A stretch of DNA of 64,000 bases. Source: Oculina patagonica. Taxonomy: Eukaryota. The translations under genes were made by a program, and so were the position numbers. Below are positions 1 through 14,369 of this stretch, one piece after another. How positions within the stretch are numbered: position 1 is the stretch's first letter; every line of letters begins with the position of its first letter. Under the pieces are notes generated by a model, which saw nothing but the letters and a program-made list of their open reading frames with translations, was not told the DNA's origin and did not search any database. The stretch is from NCBI RefSeq assembly GCF_052425735.1, contig NC_135761.1:64356001-64420000 (forward strand), in the 5' to 3' direction.

Positions 1-176
1 AGATATTCGGAACGGGGGGGGGGGGGTATTACAAACCCGTAAATTTGGGATAGTGCGTGTGCCACAAAGATTCTAAAGCCCTGACCTACTTAGGATAGAA
101 AACCCGCCACCTGGGGTGCTACCTCACAACATGAACACTTTAAGAAGTGTTGGCTGCGGAAAGATTAAAATCTTAC

Positions 177-1440
177 CTTCACAAGGGAGCTTGAATTGTG
201 GAGAGACCGGGTCACCACCAGACCTGCGTAAATTAAATGGAATTCAAACAACAAAAAGTAGAACTGCAGAAAACACACTCCTATAATTTACATTACTTAG
301 CTTTCAAACCAATTTTCAGTTGACTAAACCAGTGATTACATATTTGTAAATAGATAAAATAAAGAACTTATTCTGTTTGCAATGTAATTCGGAACAATCT
401 CACTCAACCTTACCATGCAAACATAGTGTAATCGCTTTAGCAAGTGAACCTATAATTAACTTTTGGCTTCGTTGTTTAATCCATTATTTTCCCCAAGGAA
501 AACTCAAAACAACGGCGTATTTTTCATTAAAGATGTGGTAATTGTTCATTGTTAATGGGAAGTTTAATCGCGTTTGTAGAAATTTAGTTTTTAATTATCA
601 GTGAACGATCAAATCAGTGTATACCACGAACGCGCAACTAAACAGCTTTTGTAATCACATGCACAAAAGTTAATCCAAACACTGATAAAAGTACACGGAC
701 TTATATTGTGCGCCACTCTTTGCTGGTTTCTCGCGCTTTATGAATATGCTTATATACGCCACTAATGAAAGCGACCAAGTTTTACCAAGAAGGATAAGAA
801 CGGCTCGTTGTAAAGTTTCCATCTTCTCAGAAAACGAAAATCCGCCTTGCTTATTTTTCCGGAGAGGATGAAGTTAATTATGAACAATTCGTTGATTTTC
901 TAAGGAATGTGTTAATGAATATCCGGGAATGTTTCTCATTTGCTCTATTTTGTGAAATTTTTTTTAAGACTTTACAGCAACCTTTAGCATTCCGTTGATA
1001 GGGTTTAACAAACCAATTTACTGACATGTCTTAAAGTGAGCCAGATAATTCCGATCAGCTTTTAACTGAATATTTCCACCATCATTAATTTTGCTAATAA
1101 TGCATTCAATTCCACTTTGTCCGTATCTTTGTTCTTCGATGAATACCACAGATTCACATGTCTAAAAGGCCGCGAGTATTGATTCCTTTTTGTTGTGTTT
1201 GAGATCTAGAACAAATTTGCGTTAGAAATGAAAATCGACCAGCTCAAAGCTGATAGTAGTATTTCCTACTGAGGGCAGCATATCGAGCATTGGTCTTCGC
1301 TAACAACTTTTCGTTGACTTTTACCTAGGATCTGATCTTTTTAGACGATTCACAGTTCAGCTAGCTAAGTCATAAAACCTGTAAATTTAAACTGATCAGC
1401 CTTTCTGTAGCGTGAATTCGTGCTGATGACTACTCACCAT
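177..1440 (-). CDS. Possible 5' exons of a host gene continuing left of the window (ATG|GTGAGT at 1440-1432; 87-nt exon 263-177)
   Basis: Strong donor ATG|GTGAGT; exon bounded by CTGCAG| and AAG|GTAAGA; joined frame M-FYFLLFEFHLIYAGLVVTRSLHNSSSLVK resembles a signal peptide. No homology recognised. Confidence 0.2.
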
Positions 1441-4400
1441 GTCCTCCCACAAAGAGATTTTAACCTAATTTTTCTAATCTGTGTGTAGTGAAAAACAGTA
1501 AAAATATGTCCTTAGGTTTTCTCCAAAACAGTCGAATATAGTGTTTACCTTCTTTGAGTCGTGATAAGTTTCTGCTCTTATTCTGGAATTCTCTGGTTGT
1601 GAGAAGACGCGCAATATATTAATTATTGTCGTTCATTCAACGCAGCAGTTGCCAAAAAGCTAAAATCTAATTACAAAAAATCTTTATCTACATCAAAACT
1701 TAGCCCGCCACTGACTGATTGTTGGTGTAAAGTCGACCTGATTGGCGAGGACAGATGGCCCACGGATCGCTCGCCGCGAGGTTTCATGCATCATCGGTCT
1801 AGGTTAATAGATCTAGGTTGAGCTAAAAATATTAACCTACTTGTTATCAGCTCCTATCGACTTTGATAAAACTACCAGTAAATGTTAAGAACGTACAAGT
1901 GCATATGTTGTCTCTACTGATGAGCTATTTACTTGATTTCTTTCCTGGAATACTAAATTAGCGCAGAAAACCTCAAAACTCGATGCCGTCTTACCAAAGA
2001 TAAAAACACAAGTACATTAGTCAACATCAACCAATTCAAAGTCTGAGTAAATATCAATATCTTTTGAGTTTCCAGAGGTCAATCTAACCTTGTGAAATAT
2101 TCATAACATCTAAATTTGCCAGTGATGAACAGTCATTAAAAAAACCTTCTACCTCTTAATTTTCATAAGAAAAAAATATTTCGCAAATTTTAGATATAGA
2201 TAAAAATAAGAATAATACGGGCATATCTAGTACGGAAGCATTATATTGTCGTGATCATATGATACACCTTGTCCAACTTTAAATGGAATTGAAAGGTAAA
2301 CAAGTATATGAAAGGTATTTCTCTTCCGTAATTATTGCAATCATTGTTTAAGCTAATGGAAAAGATTTAATGTTAACTTTTCACTGTAATTTTTAACTCA
2401 GTTTTTCTACTTTAAATAGACGGAAGTTTTACCTTAAACTTTAAACTGCAATAAAACTGTTCTCTTAAAGCAACTGAACCTATATCGAAGGATTGCTTTC
2501 AATGGCTTCATATGCCATGCCTTGAAATCGGTTCTATCGTGTCGACTGGACTGTGAGTTTTGTTTCATATTGAAATAAACCTTTAGTACGAGACGATCTT
2601 TCCGGATAAGTTTTGAATCAAAGACCGCACTCTGATGCAAAACAATCGTTATCTTTTAAAGAATATCACGTTTCTTCAAAGTACTATACATTATATCCCA
2701 TACCTTGAACTGGTGATTGAGTTCGGACTTTTCTCGGGGACCTGTTGGAATTTTAAAAAGAGCAAAAAAAGACAGAATAAAGTTAGCATTTAACTGAACA
2801 CACTTATTTCTCGCACTCCTTTTCTCGCTGTTCAACACGGCAGAAAAAGCCAGGTGTTTCAATATTTAGCAATGGTTTTGTTATTTGCTCCTTTCTTAAC
2901 TAATTATTCTGTAGAACATTTGATTGAAAATATCGAAACTCAGCAAGATACTTTCAAAGTTGACAATCGTTTAAAATTAATCAGCCCCAAGTGAGATAAA
3001 TGCCTTGTATTGAAAATCCTTAAGGTTTTAAATTGCTTCGGCCTTGAACTTAAAATGGTGCTGAGAGATCGAGTAGAGGCTTTGGTAATATAAAAAATCG
3101 ACTGCGATTAATGAAGCAATGATATCGCTTAGTATTGTCAGGGACTGTAAGTACTCTTTATGAACGCTAATTATTTACCTATTTCCCCATCAAAATGTTC
3201 CGTGTCAGCCCTACGATTTTGCTATAATCTTGGTATCTCTGTTAACGAAGTAATTTTCGTATTTTTTTTTTAGTTTTGGACATCAAACTAAGGTCGATCT
3301 GTGCATTCCCTGCTAAGAATGCCTGCTGGAAAGCTAACCATGATAGCCGGAGAATGTTTCCTGGTGTTGGCGGTCAGGCCATGATATATCAATAAATGCC
3401 TTTGTAAATGTAAATAAAACTATTCCAGCGGCTAGATATAGCTACATACGGCGCAGTACAGGTAAAGGTAGCTTGATGGATATTTCTTCACTTAGTAAGC
3501 GACGTTTTGGCTCAAAACAGTTAGGAATCAGATGTAACGAGCAGGCTTTGTAACAGACCACTTTACTATATCGATTGCACCGTCACACGTACAAAGCAAA
3601 CCCGAATATGGCGTGTACGCTATTTCCAAATTGGAGTTTTGCGTCTTCTTCACATCGAGTCCTGGTGTGAAACAGTTAAAATTAAGAAGTATTTGATTTG
3701 CATGAAAATGAATGGCAGCTAGTAAAACTCATTTTCATTTAAAAAGTTTTGCACCAGGTCCCGTTTTGAAACGAAGACAAAAGGCAATTAGGAAATAGGC
3801 TATTTTTGTTTGATACAATTAAGCATACTGACCAATCACACGAATGTAAATAATCCGATCAGCCAATAAGTAAAATAGACCATTCCAAAGCGAAAGCAAA
3901 GTTTTGAGTGTTTTATGTCGCTCTTGATTGGTTGTTCAAACAGTGCCAAGGCGACGAGTTTGAAAGAAATATCATCTGAAATTTTACTCAGACAAACAAA
4001 TGATGTGACTGTCGCACCACACAGAACGATAAAAAACCGCCAATTTCACAACATGTGATAATTATTTTTTATTCTTATACAGAACCGGTTTCTCGCCGAT
4101 GATCATCGGCAATGTAATTCAGCGTGTATATATTATAAAGTAAGTTTGTTTGTATGAATAAGGACTATGTGTCCAGTAATTTTAAACAGATCAGGTTGTT
4201 ACGATACGTTGTTACCCTATACCAGACCATATTCAGTTGGTGATACTTTATTTATAAATCAGAAAGGTCTTTCTTAACTATCTTAATCATTTGTTATCTA
4301 AATTTGGGTTCACCTGTTTATCCTACCTTGTGTGGGAACCCTGATATTTCGATGAGGCACTCGTACTCGAATTTCAAATATTACTTACTTCAAATTGGAA

Positions 4401-6680
4401 TGAAAAATTGAGAAAACACGATTAAAAACTTACCACCAGTTTTGGCGAGCGCTAATTTGGGAATGAATAATGAAAGATTCCATAATATGAGCCATACCTT
4501 GTGGAGACAAAAGCTTCAATGATTCACTACTCCTTCTAACGCAGGCCGCTTGCAGTTCCGAATAAAAATGATTTACCTTAGTGACGTTATTGGACGGCAG
4601 AACTGTTGTTTAATTTCTCAAAATACTCTGTTTAAAACTGTTGGTAGATTCCAATGTTGGCAAACCGTATCAATCTAGAGCCACAAATATCACAGCTACC
4701 TGTTTTAAGTGTGGGCATTTCACGCTGCTTATGCATATTTTATGTATAGCAAATCAAAACAGCAATTAGCAATTACTTTCATTTTTTATTAATTTAAATA
4801 ATAACGTCGATGGTAAACCAACAGTGCCTCATTTATTATTTTAAATGCATGTGACCTGTGCAATGCAGGCTATGTTGGTTTTACGCACTTGCATCAATAC
4901 GTCGATGGGCACAAGAACGTATCGTCATCTATTGGAAAGCATTTTCGCGCGGAACATTCTCTGACGGGTGTGTGTTTTTTGGGTGTTCCTTAACGATCTT
5001 AAAAGGAATTTTCCAATTTTAAATAAATGCATAAACAAGTTTAACTGTCTCACACCGACTCAATACGGCCAAGGTTTTTATATAATTAGTTTTGATGCTT
5101 TTTATTGTTTTTAACACCTTCTTTGTAAAATTCTTTTTAAATGTATTTTAACTTATTTCTTCTTCTCTTTTCATATTTCTTACACTTTTACTATATCTAT
5201 GTTCAACATTTAATTAGTAAAAAAAAACTAGCTTACCCTGCTTACAAAATATCAAAAGAGAACAACAGTTAGAGGGGATTGTGGAAGTTGCCAATATGCG
5301 CCTCTATACTTGCATACCTGGGGTAATCGTTTGTTTTTTAGTATGCGTTCTGTTTAGTATGGTTTTCGTCAGCATTGTTTAAAACTGGTAAATAAACACA
5401 ATAGTTTTCATGTTTTCCTCAATATTCCTACAGGTGTTTTAGACGCAAACAATGGGCAGAATAAGGATCGATGACTAGTAAATTTTGTTTTTAATTATAA
5501 CAATTAAATTTCCAACGACAGCCATTGAGAGAACCAGTGTTATATGTACATACGTATTATTTTTTTATGTAGAAAAAACAATTAAAATGCACGGCGCGTA
5601 CTTCGATAAAGGACACTTTTAATAGGCCAATATATCGATTGTTTCTGTAACCTACGAAAATGAAGCGTTTTAAAATACTAATCGGCTTACCTTACTTTAG
5701 TTGAGTGTTTTTTTTTCTCTCCTGTGTGGTCCTCGAGCCAATTTATGTCCATTCTGCGAGTTTTAATAGAACTGGTTCTCTCTATATAGAATGGTCATCA
5801 TCGGTTCAAAGACCACACAGGAGATAAATTAGTATGTGCACTTTAAATTGCCTTCTATCTTAGAACTTCATTATCATTGGCTGCCTGCTCAGATAGATCA
5901 CCCCTGGAAATTTCGTAGAACTTATTAAGCACTTTTCTGCTAGCAGTGGAGATATTTGGTGGCCAGCAGCCTGTCGTTCGAGTCTTGTACCATGCATCAT
6001 CATCATCATCATCGTCATTTATTAGCCATATAACAATAATATAACAGTAGAACTAGTTATTAAGGCGAGGAGACCTCCTATAAACCACCAGGCTTATAGG
6101 GAAGGCCACCTCAGTTATCAATTTATATGATCCACTTGTGGTAAGCAAACTGCTCTGCGCCAGTACTGCTTGGGCGTGTCTGCTGGTACATTGACGCAGT
6201 GTTCCTGGCTACATGTACAGCTTTTCGCAGCATTCTACGTTTCTATAGCACATCAGTCGGCTGCCATTCCCATTGCACGCCCATAAAGATCGTCCCAAAC
6301 CATCGGTTCAAAAAAACGGTTACAGAAAAACATCACAACGGGTAGAAATTGCACGAATTTTCCTTTTGCATTTTGTTTATGATGTAAAAAGAATCGAAAT
6401 CTGGGAAATTCTGGTACGCAATTGCGTATTTACAATACAATAAAATACAATACAATTTTATTGTCCATACGTGGGACGAGGTCTCCCTCAATGTCCGAGC
6501 CAGAGGCTCATGTATAAAACGTAGGACTAAAACTAAAATACACTTAAGTATATGCTATTAAAAATCTAAAAAATTTATCCCACCTATTAAAAATAGAATG
6601 AAAAACAAGAACAAAACTAATACCACCCCCATCTCCTTACCCCATATGTATAATTAGTTTAAATCAATGGATCAAGTGAT

Positions 6681-6683
<3 letters not shown>

Positions 6684-6737
<54 letters not shown>

Positions 6738-6742
6738 TATAT
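6684..6742. repeat. (TA)n microsatellite
   Basis: Direct reading of the sequence. Confidence 0.95.
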
Positions 6743-7985
6743 AAAAACGCAAAAGGATGAAAAGATAAAAATACATCAAAGGGTTAAAATATAAGTAGAT
6801 CTAAGATAAACAATAGCTACATTTACAGCTTGTCTTAAAATTATCAAAATTAAAAGTGTTCAACCTTTTGCGAAAATCGTTTAAGTCATTGTGACTTTTA
6901 TATTTTCAACTTATCCTGCTAATATTTTTCATTTATTTTTTTTTTGGTTGTTGGCGGGCGGTATTTCTACAAATCCTGCGATCTGACTTGTTCCCGGAGC
7001 GGGCGGTATTCTCCCATCCGGCCCGCTCACAGCGGGCGGTATCCGTTGCGAGTGAATTTTCCGCGCGAAACTGATCATTTTGCAGTGTTGTACGAAAGAA
7101 CAGATGAAAGATTTGCTCTGCAAAATCGAAATGACTGCCCACCAACCCTTGTATTTGTGAAAGGACAAAATAAAAGTGGAATTAAAGGCCTCAAAGTTCT
7201 TCTAAAGGAGAGTATTCATTTCTTTATCGACAAAATCGAGTTCTAGTTTCGTAGTTTGTGGTTGTTCTGTGCATTTCGCAATCCTTTCACGCCACTGCAG
7301 TAAGGTAGGTAGTATTTATCACCGTATAAACTGTTACAAACATTTTTGACATGTATACAGGTTAACTATGAAATACCTATGTTAACGTTGTAATTTTAAA
7401 TTGTAAAGTCATTTAATACTTACAAATGTTACATCGGTTTATGTTCTAAAATACATATGACACATGCGTTTCTTTTTTTAATGTTCGAAACCATGCGACG
7501 ACATGTCGGACCCGAAAATTAAAAATATCACAATCAAAATGACCGAAAACAAACAACGTATCATAATATGTACTTTACATTCTCTCTCTTGAAATAGATA
7601 AATAGAAATTAAAAAAGTAGTAACAGGACGAGAATAGTAACGAGAAATAGGGAATTTACAAAAGAAACAATTAAATTTTCAATTAAAAAACTTCCCTGAA
7701 GTTAAAGTTTAAACAATCTTGCAATTGGACTAAAACATGTACAAACAGACCATATAACTAGCTAGAATAATATTTCCATAATCATGGTAAGATCAAGAAA
7801 TACCATCCGTGGATCACGCCTTGGATCAACTGGCAGTCCAGAGTGCTGGCTATTTCACTACACTCGGGATCAGATCAAAGAAGGTAATGCAAGGATTAAA
7901 ATATCACCAGTGTCTTGATGAGACTTGATATCAGGGACCTCTGAATCAGCAGTCTAACCAACCGACCATATGACCCCAAAAGCCA

Positions 7986-8963
7986 TTATCCTGTCAAAAG
8001 TCTGCCTTTCGAATGCTTGCCTCTGTAGTTGTTTAAAAAATTTGACGTCAAAATCCCCATTTCTATTGCTGTGGTATCTTTTGATAAACGTGCTATTTGA
8101 GCCTGAAGCAGCACGGCTTTATCACTGTTAACCAATTGAGGACAGCAGAAGATTCTTTCAAAAGCTTTTCTGAACTCTGTGATCCTCAAGGAATACACAA
8201 AAACATTTGCGCACGAGTTTCCGTAGTGTAGCAACTTCGTGAAATAAATAAGCGTCAAGCTAACTGAGAACGGATGCAGTTGGTTGACGATATTTAAAAT
8301 CGTAAACGGAAGCCATGCAGAAAGAGAAATTACCGTGACAATCAGTAGTGTGACAGTCAGACGTCGCTCTTGTAAAGCTGCGTTACGGAAGTGAGATGAT
8401 ACCTGGCGATTGTTCACTTGAATCCAGATGACTAAATTTGCGAGTACAATTGTAATGCAACACAGAGAGAGAATAATTACGGAACTATAGAAGAGAAATC
8501 TCAGTGATGGTAAAGTGTGACTCGTAATAAGTCCAGCAGTTGTAATAATGCAAGCTATAAACCATACTAACACAATTCCCAACACGTAGAATCGTGTTTT
8601 CATCACTCTGTGGCGCAAAGGCCACAGAGTGGCGCACAATCTTTCTAAGGATACTAAGGTAAGTGATAAAATTGATGCAAGCCCCGACATAACATCTAAT
8701 GCCTTGTAAACGGACGAGGGAGTTCCTAAATTTGCATACCACAGTTGACCCAACCCACCAATGAGGTACACGAACATCGGGATGGCGCATGCGCCTACTA
8801 GGATATCCGCTGCTGCCAGGTTTATCAGAAGATACGAACTACGTCTGTGTAGTTTCCCAGTGTCAGCAAATTTTACGATGGAGAATATGTTACCAGCAAC
8901 GATCCCAAGAGCCTCAGTTAAGAAGAGCACGGACCAGACAATTGCTTCACTTTTTGGTAGCAT
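7986..8963 (-). CDS. Rhodopsin-like (class A) GPCR, single coding exon
   Basis: GN in TM1, NLAAAD in TM2, SLER (DRY-equivalent), WLPF in TM6, NS.ANVFVY (NPxxY-like) and FRKAF helix 8. A polypyrimidine/AG acceptor near 9002 suggests the true start is MLPKSE at 8963 rather than the ORF-track start at 9074. Confidence 0.9.
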   Translation of the reverse strand: MLPKSEAIVWSVLFLTEALGIVAGNIFSIVKFADTGKLHRRSSYLLINLAAADILVGACAIPMFVYLIGGLGQLWYANLGTPSSVYKALDVMSGLASILSLTLVSLERLCATLWPLRHRVMKTRFYVLGIVLVWFIACIITTAGLITSHTLPSLRFLFYSSVIILSLCCITIVLANLVIWIQVNNRQVSSHFRNAALQERRLTVTLLIVTVISLSAWLPFTILNIVNQLHPFSVSLTLIYFTKLLHYGNSCANVFVYSLRITEFRKAFERIFCCPQLVNSDKAVLLQAQIARLSKDTTAIEMGILTSNFLNNYRGKHSKGRLLTG

Positions 8964-9087
8964 AGTCCCTACTTTAACAAGACAGCAACGCTCGTCTTCC
9001 TCTATTGAAAAAAAAATATTAAAAAAATTAGTGACCCCTTTTACTAGTGAAGGAAAATCTCTTGTAAATTGCATTACGCTCGGCGAC

Positions 9088-9180
9088 CTACCTACCTACT
9101 CTACCTACCTGGACCTACCTACCTACCTACCTACCTACTTTTCTGCCTGCCTGCCTGCCTGCCTACTTGTTTACTTACTT
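9088..9180. repeat. (CTAC)n/(CTGC)n tetranucleotide repeat
   Basis: Direct reading. Confidence 0.9.
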
Positions 9181-9522
9181 AGGGGTTTAGAGTATTAACG
9201 AGGAACAGAATCGAGAAACTTTTATTTTCTTTTGACTCATAAACTATTTGGTTTTTTGGGTAAAGCAAACAAAATAATATAATGGTTTATGGATGTTTCT
9301 ATGGTCATTCGAACATAAGCGATACCTTTTGCTCCGATAATTTACGGGAAAAAAATGTAGTTCTAGTAGGAGGGTTTTAACATATTTGTTTTAAACAAAT
9401 AGTTTCGCGCGGATAGAATCCGATTGCGTGTTCAGGCTAGGTTTCTTCTTTCTAATAAACAACATTTCGTAAATCAAGCAGTCCAGAAACTATTTGTTTA
9501 AAACAAATATGTTAATTGTGTA

Positions 9523-9714
9523 NNNNNNNNNNNNNNNNNNNNNNNNNNNNNNNNNNNNNNNNNNNNNNNNNNNNNNNNNNNNNNNNNNNNNNNNNNNNNN
9601 NNNNNNNNNNNNNNNNNNNNNNNNNNNNNNNNNNNNNNNNNNNNNNNNNNNNNNNNNNNNNNNNNNNNNNNNNNNNNNNNNNNNNNNNNNNNNNNNNNNN
9701 NNNNNNNNNNNNNN
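9523..9714. other. Assembly gap (N run); further gaps at 20245-20391 and 20576-20714
   Basis: Runs of n. Confidence 0.99.
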
Positions 9715-10692
9715 CTCTAACCGCATATATAACACTGTTGAACCATTACTTTATTTGTCATTTGAAAATGATGTTAGGATGACATCGAAACGTTGTGTCT
9801 TACTGCCGCTTATTTTTATTGTCAAATGTTTATCAAAATTTAGTCTTATTCGAATTTTAAAAGTACCTTGTTTCCGCAAGTTTGAAGAGAAAAAGAAACG
9901 GACAAAATCACGTTTGCGCGTGCAGTAGCCCTGTACATTGTGTGCTTCTCCCCCTTCTTCATTTCGGTCAATTATAATTTAATAATTTATTAATTTACCG
10001 CGCGCGTTATCCTAAAGCTTTGATCCGTCAACGTTAATTGAAAAAGCTGTATATTTTACTCGCCTACGAGGGAAATGTCGGGAAATAAAAACCATGCCCA
10101 TAAACCGAGAGGGTCCATTCTTGGCTCGGTTAGCAGGAACACTTCCCGATACAAACGGCTGGTAAAAGATGGCTTGGGGAGAAAGAAACCCTTCATCAAG
10201 GTCCTAAGTGACTAAACACACATGGTACAGTAACAATGTTCCCATAGAAACTCGAATTCATGGGTTAATTTTTTTTTCAATTTCAAATTAGACAAAACTC
10301 TAATATAAATATCCACCAAACGATGTCTGCTTTCGAAGCGTTCTGAAACGAAATGTTGTATTTCTTCCCATAGTAAATGGTTTGGGCCAGAAGAATATTA
10401 GTAAATATATGAAAGACGTGTCTGATTTATATGTCATATACTATCATTACGTCATCTAATCCATTTCCCTCTTCTTCTCCTTGGGCTCCCTAAAATTTTT
10501 TTTTCCTTTTTTTTTTTTTCAGTTGGCAAGATGTCCATATTCCATACTTCATTATGCAAAAATCCAGCTCTTTGGTCAATCAAAGCAATCGCCCAATAGA
10601 CACCGTTATGAGAACAAAGCAACACACTGGCCTACGTTTTATCCCCCTGCCTCGCATGGGATGCTGGTCCATCGCAGGATTATTTATACGCC

Positions 10693-11135
10693 TGGCCCCA
10701 GTTGTTCAATGGGTGGATAACGTTATCCACCGGATAAATCACTATCCGGTGGAAAGCGAGGTGGGTTTTGTATGACAGTTATCAGGGGCGGATCCGCGGA
10801 TCCCCAGGATTTCAAAAGGGAGGGGGGGGGGGGGGGGCTGGATGGCAGACCATTAGGTGCCTAACCCTCACCTTAACCCTAACCCTAACCCTAACCCTAA
10901 GTAGCGGCAGACGGCGAAACGTGGCGTAACAACAACCAGACATGAGCGAGAGCTAATTTTTCTTTCTTTATTTATTTTCTATTTTAAATAAAGTGACATT
11001 TCGAATTTTTTTTTACTGAAAAATGGGGGGTGGATATCCACCCTATCCACCCCCCCTGTATCCGCCCCTGGTTATCCACTAGATAGTGATTTATCCAGTG
11101 GATAGCGTTATTCACCCTTTGAACAATCTGGCCCT
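10693..11135. mobile_element. Palindromic MITE (ggcccagttgttcaa...ttgaacaatctggcc) with a nested CAGGGG...CCCCTG element (10783-11070) carrying (CCCTAA)n
   Basis: Matching inverted termini at both levels; telomere-type hexamers at 10859-10899. Confidence 0.65.
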
Positions 11136-13879
11136 GGGTGGAGAGAGGCACTGTGAGGATAAAGTGTATTCTCTCCCCCCACCCCCCGAAAAAGACCCGG
11201 CGAAGCTTGAACTTGGAGCGCTTGATCTGGAGTCGTTCTGAGTCCATGAACACTCATAATTCATAGCTGCTCTTATGATTTCCTCTAAGGAACCATTTGA
11301 GAGTTACTGCGCATACTCGGTAATCCGGCAGCACTGTCATTTTACTGTCATTCGACACAGTCTTTCTCTCCCCACTGGGTCAAACAAATACTTCCCATGA
11401 TGCCAAAGAGGTGGCGACTGAGAATGGCTAAAGAGTTTCCTTTCGCGGAAAAGACGTTGCCCACGTGCACCGGCGCAGGCTGGATTTTGTCAAAAAGAAA
11501 CTGTATTGGAGGTATTTTACATATCTCTCAGAAGCAAGTATCTCTCGTCTGGAAGGGTTTTTGTTGAAAGTTGATTACAGCTCAAAGGTTAGTCTTGTAT
11601 ATCCCAGCTTGAAGGCTTAAGCAATGTTGTTGCGTGATCAAAACAAACGAACGAGGTTGAAAACAAACTTATATTGATATTTTACTCGTGCAGTGAACAT
11701 TTTTGTCTCTTGCTAACAAAACAAACAATTAAAATTTTATCAAAATCAAAGGAAAGAGATTTTAATTTAAAAACTGCGGGGTATTCTTGGAATGAAAGAT
11801 GCTTCTGTCCCTGGGGAAAGAAACTTTGTCTCTAAAACTTGTGCATATGCAGACCTTGAAGTAAAAATTATGGTCTTCTTACTCAATAACCACATAATAT
11901 GAAATTTACTAACTGGTTTGGAATACTTTGAAAATTTTGGGTTGTTTAGGGTATATATATATATCGGGAGCGGTAAAATATTAATACAATATTAATATCA
12001 ATTTTGGGTTAAATTCATGAACTTAAGTTGTGCTGAAACCTGAATTAAAGAATTCTCCAAACAAACATCTAAATACTTCAATCCTTACCGTTTTCACTTT
12101 TGATATGATTTCATTTGTACACCGTACACAGAAATGCTTTTTGGCAACAAAAATCAAGTACCAGTTGTGAATGCGAGAAGGTGCTTTTCCTTTTTGTATC
12201 TCGACGTTACGTATTATAACGAGAAAAATATTATGAGTTTTTATCCAGACATCTGACATAAAAAAAGGTTTCTCAGTTTTGCTTACCAAGATTTGCCTTG
12301 ATCCAGTTAGTTGGAATATGGGTCGGCAACTGCAAAGTATGACCATACACGGGGAGATATAAACATATACGTGTGGTATTCAAAAATGTAAATTACTGTT
12401 AGAAGCCACAGGAGCCCAATGTAATTTAACAAGCTCGGAAGCAAACGAAAATAATTAAAAATCGTCGGAGAGAGCTTCTCCAATTTCGAGTCCTGAATAA
12501 CCAATAGCGCGAAGATTATTAAATACATTCTCTGAGTGAAATGAAAGATAAATAGATTGATAAGAAAGAAAAGATGACAATGTCAACTCTCTACAATTCA
12601 TCAATTCACAAGTTTCAATTTGAAAAGGCGTCAATTTGAATTTCGTTCTGATAACGTTGTAGTCACAGAAGCAATAAAATGCACAAAGTGGAATCTGTAG
12701 AAAAAAAAGTGTAGATAAATTTGTTTACTCTTTATGAAATTTGGTGGTCGATTTTTGGTCAACAGATTTCGAATACGCAACAAGGCAATATAACATAAAA
12801 CAATCGATCGAACTATTTTAGCCATCTGCTTCTCTGGTATACATTAAGAATATTACAATTTGTTTAAGAATAGAGACGTAAAAAGCAATTTCAGATTATG
12901 TTGAATGTCTACATTCTGATTGGCTATTAGTGGTTCTGTTTGTTTAAAGCGAAAGAGCAATGACAAAAGACGCCACTGAGAATCCCAAACTTATTTCCGA
13001 AATCCTTTTGACAATCAATTGTTCATTTTGTCTTAAATCGATTTCATCACCGAGTTTCATTTCAAACGCCTCGCTAATGACGTCATTAATGACTCATTCA
13101 GAACTGCTTTTTTAACATTTCAGCATTGACTTATTTTAAAAATCTCTTTTGCCACTGAGTGTGGATTTGCTCCTTGAAATTGAAAGCACACTCTGTAACA
13201 AGGAGGCGACCATAGAACGATATCAACGTCTAGCCTTGCTTGACAAAAAAAAATATTTATTTATCCTTTTCAAATCCAAACGTGAAAAAAAGGAGAAAGG
13301 AAGCTTTGACAACTAAAGAGAAAACCAAAAATAATGTGTTCAGAGGATTATATTTTTCACTGCAATTAAGGGGAACAAGGACAGGAATAATTGAAAAGAG
13401 GAAAGGTCCATTAGCTTCGTACAAAAATTGCATCTTTCACTATAACCAGTCGGCTATTTTTTTTATTTTATAGATATATAGATACTGGGATTAACGCACT
13501 AATGGTGCGAATATAAATGAAAAGGAAATTTCAAAATAACGATTTACACGCTGACAATAATGTAAGATTGTACGTACCAAGATCGCTGACGCTGAATGTA
13601 ACTAAACAAACAAACAAACAAACAAAAAACCCGCAATTACAATATGCAAAACGCGGACTTTTGCTGTTTTGAATATCTCAGAACCTTCACTATGTTACGA
13701 AATCCACTATAAAAAGTGCCCGCATGAGTTTAATTCAACCTTTAGTAGACTATGCATTATAAACTAAGTCGTTCGAAGACTCATTCACTCGTTTTATGAC
13801 GTACGTGGATAAATGTAAATTAAAATAAATTAAATCAAAGTAAATTTCACTTATAAATCGAGTTCGCGGTCCGTAATGC

Positions 13880-14056
13880 AAACTTGTTAAAAATTCCAAC
13901 TGGCAGGAGGCTGACCAGTTGGCTATTAACAAAGCGTCGAGGAGTTCAATTTGGGGCCACCGAAGACAAATCCAACTAGCGGCAGGGAGGAGGATTTGAA
14001 CCCGGGACCTGCGGATTACAAATCCAGCGCCCTACCCACTAGGCCACGCTGCTCCT
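13880..14056 (-). mobile_element. tRNA-derived SINE
   Basis: Minus strand has an A-box (TGGCCTAGTGG) and a B-box (GGGTTCAAATCC) followed by a non-tRNA body. Confidence 0.65.
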
Positions 14057-14369
14057 TGAGGCAATGTGGGGCGTAAATAAAGTCAGGGTCGTAGCTAGCA
14101 AGAGGCAAGACAAAACACTTGCTTCATCTAGATTTTAACCCAAAATTAAAAAACCAAGTACGTTTAGTTGGAAAAATAACTCCCAGTTAAGAACAACATT
14201 GATTTTTCTCAAGAAATCTTATGAAAATGCCAAAAAAGTGTTTCAGAGCTTCAAGATTTAAAATGTTCTGGGGTCATACCCCAGACCACCTTAGCAAGAT
14301 CTTGTTCCGTCTATGCTAAAGTCTTGTTTCGGCAATGAAAGTTCAATTTTTAATTAATTTATTTAATTG

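Noticed and set aside
8964-9074. N-terminal extension of the first GPCR in the ORF track
   Set aside because: It runs through a polypyrimidine/AG acceptor and starts at a non-ATG codon; it is probably intron plus 5' UTR.
10859-10899. Telomere or chromosome-fusion site
   Set aside because: Only about six repeats, embedded in a MITE.
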